A stretch of DNA of 64,000 nucleotides from contig OZ253375.1 in the NCBI GenBank assembly GCA_965261005.1, positions 1,952,001-2,016,000 on the forward strand. The letters are read 5' to 3'. The notes beneath the pieces are model-generated. The model worked only from the letters and a program-made list of their open reading frames with translations, did no database searches and was not told where the DNA came from. The translations under genes and the position numbers were made by a program. Below, one piece after another: positions 61,856 to 64,000 of this stretch (position 1 is its first letter; each line of letters starts with the position of its first letter). The stretch comes from Deinococcus sp. Its GTDB lineage: Bacteria > Deinococcota > Deinococci > Deinococcales > Deinococcaceae.

Positions 61856-62959
61856 ATGCACAAGCCGTTTAGCGACAAGCCGATTCAATTGATCGGCGAG
61901 GACGGCCAGAAAGTCGGGCGCTGGTCCCTGGACCTCGGTGAAGAGGAGCTGCGCGCCCTGCACCGCGACATGCTGCGCGCGCGCGTCTTCGACGACAAGT
62001 TGGTGACGCTGCTCAGGCAGGGCAAGACCACCTTTTACGCCCAGTGCGGCGGCATGGAGGCGACCCAGGTGGGCGTCGCCCACGCCGCCCGCGCCGGCCA
62101 CGACTGGTTCTGGCCGTATTACCGCGACCAGGGAATCGCCCTCGCGCTGGGCGTCCCCATGCGCGACATGGTGGCGCAGTGCCTGGGCGTGGCCGCCGAC
62201 CTCAACAAGGGCCGCCAAATGCCGCACCACTTCGGCGACGCGAGATACAACCTGATGTCCATCAGTTCCTCCATCGCCAACCAGGTGGCCCCCGCCACCG
62301 GCACCGCGATGGCCCAGCAGTATCTGGGGACGGACGAGATCACCGTCTGCACCTTCGGCGACGGCGCGACCTCGGAGGGGGATTGGCACGCGGGCCTCAA
62401 CATGGCCGGCGTGAGCAAGGCGCCCATCGTGTTCGTGTGCGAAAACAACCAGTGGGCCATCTCGGTGGGGGTGGAGCGCCAAACGGCCTCTCCCAACATC
62501 GCGGTCAAGGCGCGCGCCTACGGAATGCCGGGCTATTACGTGGATGGTCAGGACGTGCTGGCGGTGCGCTCGGTGGTCGGGCAGGCCGTGGGGGCTGCCC
62601 GCGCGGGGGAAGGGCCGGCGCTGGTCGAGTGCCTGACCTACCGGCTCGGCTCACACTCCAACGCCGACACGGACGCCGAAAAGCGCTACCGCAGCCGCGA
62701 GGAAGTCGAGGCGTGGCGGGCGCGCGACCCCATCGCGCGCTTCGAGCGCTTTCTGGCGAGGGAGGGGCTGGAGATCACCGGGGACGAAAAGGCCGAGCTA
62801 CGCGCGGAAATCACCCGCGAGCTGAACGAGGCCATCGCCTGGGCCGAGGCCAGCGGCCCGCCGGCGCTGGAAAGCATGTTCGACGACGTGTACGCCGAAC
62901 TGCCCCCGCACCTGATTCGCCAGCGCGAGGTCGTCTTGGCCGAGGAGCGCTTAGAATGA
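61856..62959 (+). CDS. 2-oxoacid dehydrogenase E1 alpha (branched-chain type)
   Basis: [26 protein letters not shown]. Confidence 0.9.
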   Translation: MHKPFSDKPIQLIGEDGQKVGRWSLDLGEEELRALHRDMLRARVFDDKLVTLLRQGKTTFYAQCGGMEATQVGVAHAARAGHDWFWPYYRDQGIALALGVPMRDMVAQCLGVAADLNKGRQMPHHFGDARYNLMSISSSIANQVAPATGTAMAQQYLGTDEITVCTFGDGATSEGDWHAGLNMAGVSKAPIVFVCENNQWAISVGVERQTASPNIAVKARAYGMPGYYVDGQDVLAVRSVVGQAVGAARAGEGPALVECLTYRLGSHSNADTDAEKRYRSREEVEAWRARDPIARFERFLAREGLEITGDEKAELRAEITRELNEAIAWAEASGPPALESMFDDVYAELPPHLIRQREVVLAEERLE

Positions 62960-63978
62960 CCGCCGTGCAGACCAAGGCCCAGCTCACCCCGGAGGCGGCG
63001 CGCCCGACCACCCTCACGCTGATTGGGGCCATCACCCAGGCCATGCGCGGCGAGTTGGCGCGCGACGGGCGGGTGGTCGTCTTCGGCGAGGACGTGGGGG
63101 CGCGCGGCGGCGTCTTTCTCGCCACCGAGGGCCTGCAAGCCGAGTTCGGCGAGCGGCGGGTCTTCGATACGCCCCTCTCGGAGGCCAGCATTGTCGGCGC
63201 GGCGGTCGGCATGGCGGCGCGCGGCCTGCGTCCCATCGCCGAGGTGCAGTTCTCGGACTACATCTTTCCCGGCTTCGACCAGATTGTCAGCCAGGCGGCC
63301 AAGCTGCGCTACCGCAGCGGCGGCCAGTTCGGCGCCCCGCTGGTGATCCGCTCGCCGTCGGGCGGCGGCGTGCGCGGCGGGCACCACCACAGCCAGAGTC
63401 CCGAGGCCTACTTCGCCCACACCCCCGGCCTTCAGGTCGTGATGCCGTCCACTCCCTACGACGCGATGGGCCTCTTAAGGAGCGCCGTGCGCGGCGAGGA
63501 CCCGGTGCTGTTCTTCGAGCCGAAGCGCCTGTACCGCGCGGCCAAAGGGGAGGTGCCCCCGGAAGACTTCACGGTGCCCATCGGTCAGGCCGCCCGGCGC
63601 CGTGAGGGCACGGACCTGACCATTGTCGGCTACGGCGGCGTGATGCCCGACGCGCTCAGGGCCGCCGAGGCGCTTTTCCAGGAGGGCGTGAGCGCCGAGG
63701 TGTTGGACCTCCGCTCGATCATGCCGTGGGACCGGGAAGCCGTGTTGGCCTCGGTCGCCAAAACTGGGCGGGCGCTGCTGGTCAGCGAGGCGCCCAGAAC
63801 CGCCAACTTCATGGGCGAGGTCGCCTACGTCATTCAGCACGAGCTGTTCGACACCTTGCTGGCCCCAATCGGCCAGGTGGCCGGCTTCGACATCCCCTAC
63901 CCCTACGCCCTCGACAAGACCTACCTGCCGGGAGCGAACCGCATGCTCAGGGCCGCCGCGCGGCTGCTGGAATATTGA
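62956..63978 (+). CDS. 2-oxoacid dehydrogenase E1 beta
   Basis: GEDVG, DTPLSE, HHHSQS, FFEPK; ATGA overlap. Confidence 0.9.
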   Translation: MTAVQTKAQLTPEAARPTTLTLIGAITQAMRGELARDGRVVVFGEDVGARGGVFLATEGLQAEFGERRVFDTPLSEASIVGAAVGMAARGLRPIAEVQFSDYIFPGFDQIVSQAAKLRYRSGGQFGAPLVIRSPSGGGVRGGHHHSQSPEAYFAHTPGLQVVMPSTPYDAMGLLRSAVRGEDPVLFFEPKRLYRAAKGEVPPEDFTVPIGQAARRREGTDLTIVGYGGVMPDALRAAEALFQEGVSAEVLDLRSIMPWDREAVLASVAKTGRALLVSEAPRTANFMGEVAYVIQHELFDTLLAPIGQVAGFDIPYPYALDKTYLPGANRMLRAAARLLEY

Positions 63979-64000
63979 TGAACCTGCGCTCGTCCTTCGT

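Noticed and set aside
62044..62955. 644-aa E1 beta fusion
   Set aside because: Off-frame overlap with E1 alpha; the real start is ATG 62956

Overview
GC-rich window spanning the replication origin of a Deinococcus-like chromosome. The taxonomic call rests on tyrS-pyk-eno-dnaN-oriC-dnaA-mnmG-rsmG-parA-parB-rnj synteny, an ATC-start dnaA and many leaderless TAnnnT promoters. Main highlight: a complete IS110 element (50125-51500) inserted at a CT core inside a dispersed ATACGGATT..AATCCGTAT repeat. Its bridge-RNA target and donor guides, its circle-junction promoter and an empty target copy (13507-13520) can all be read from the sequence. Other highlights: a class II ribonucleotide reductase with four inteins; a small accessory island (structured ~230-nt RNA candidate, MITE, VapBC, IS5-disrupted OLD-like ATPase-TOPRIM); sthA bracketed by duplicated promoter+terminator units; a marR-DMT cassette sitting between araC and SDR remnants; phnDCE followed by a Ser-nucleophile nitrilase-like gene; and an XPB/Bax1-like pair. 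All calls were made by eye from sequence and motifs; no database searches were run.
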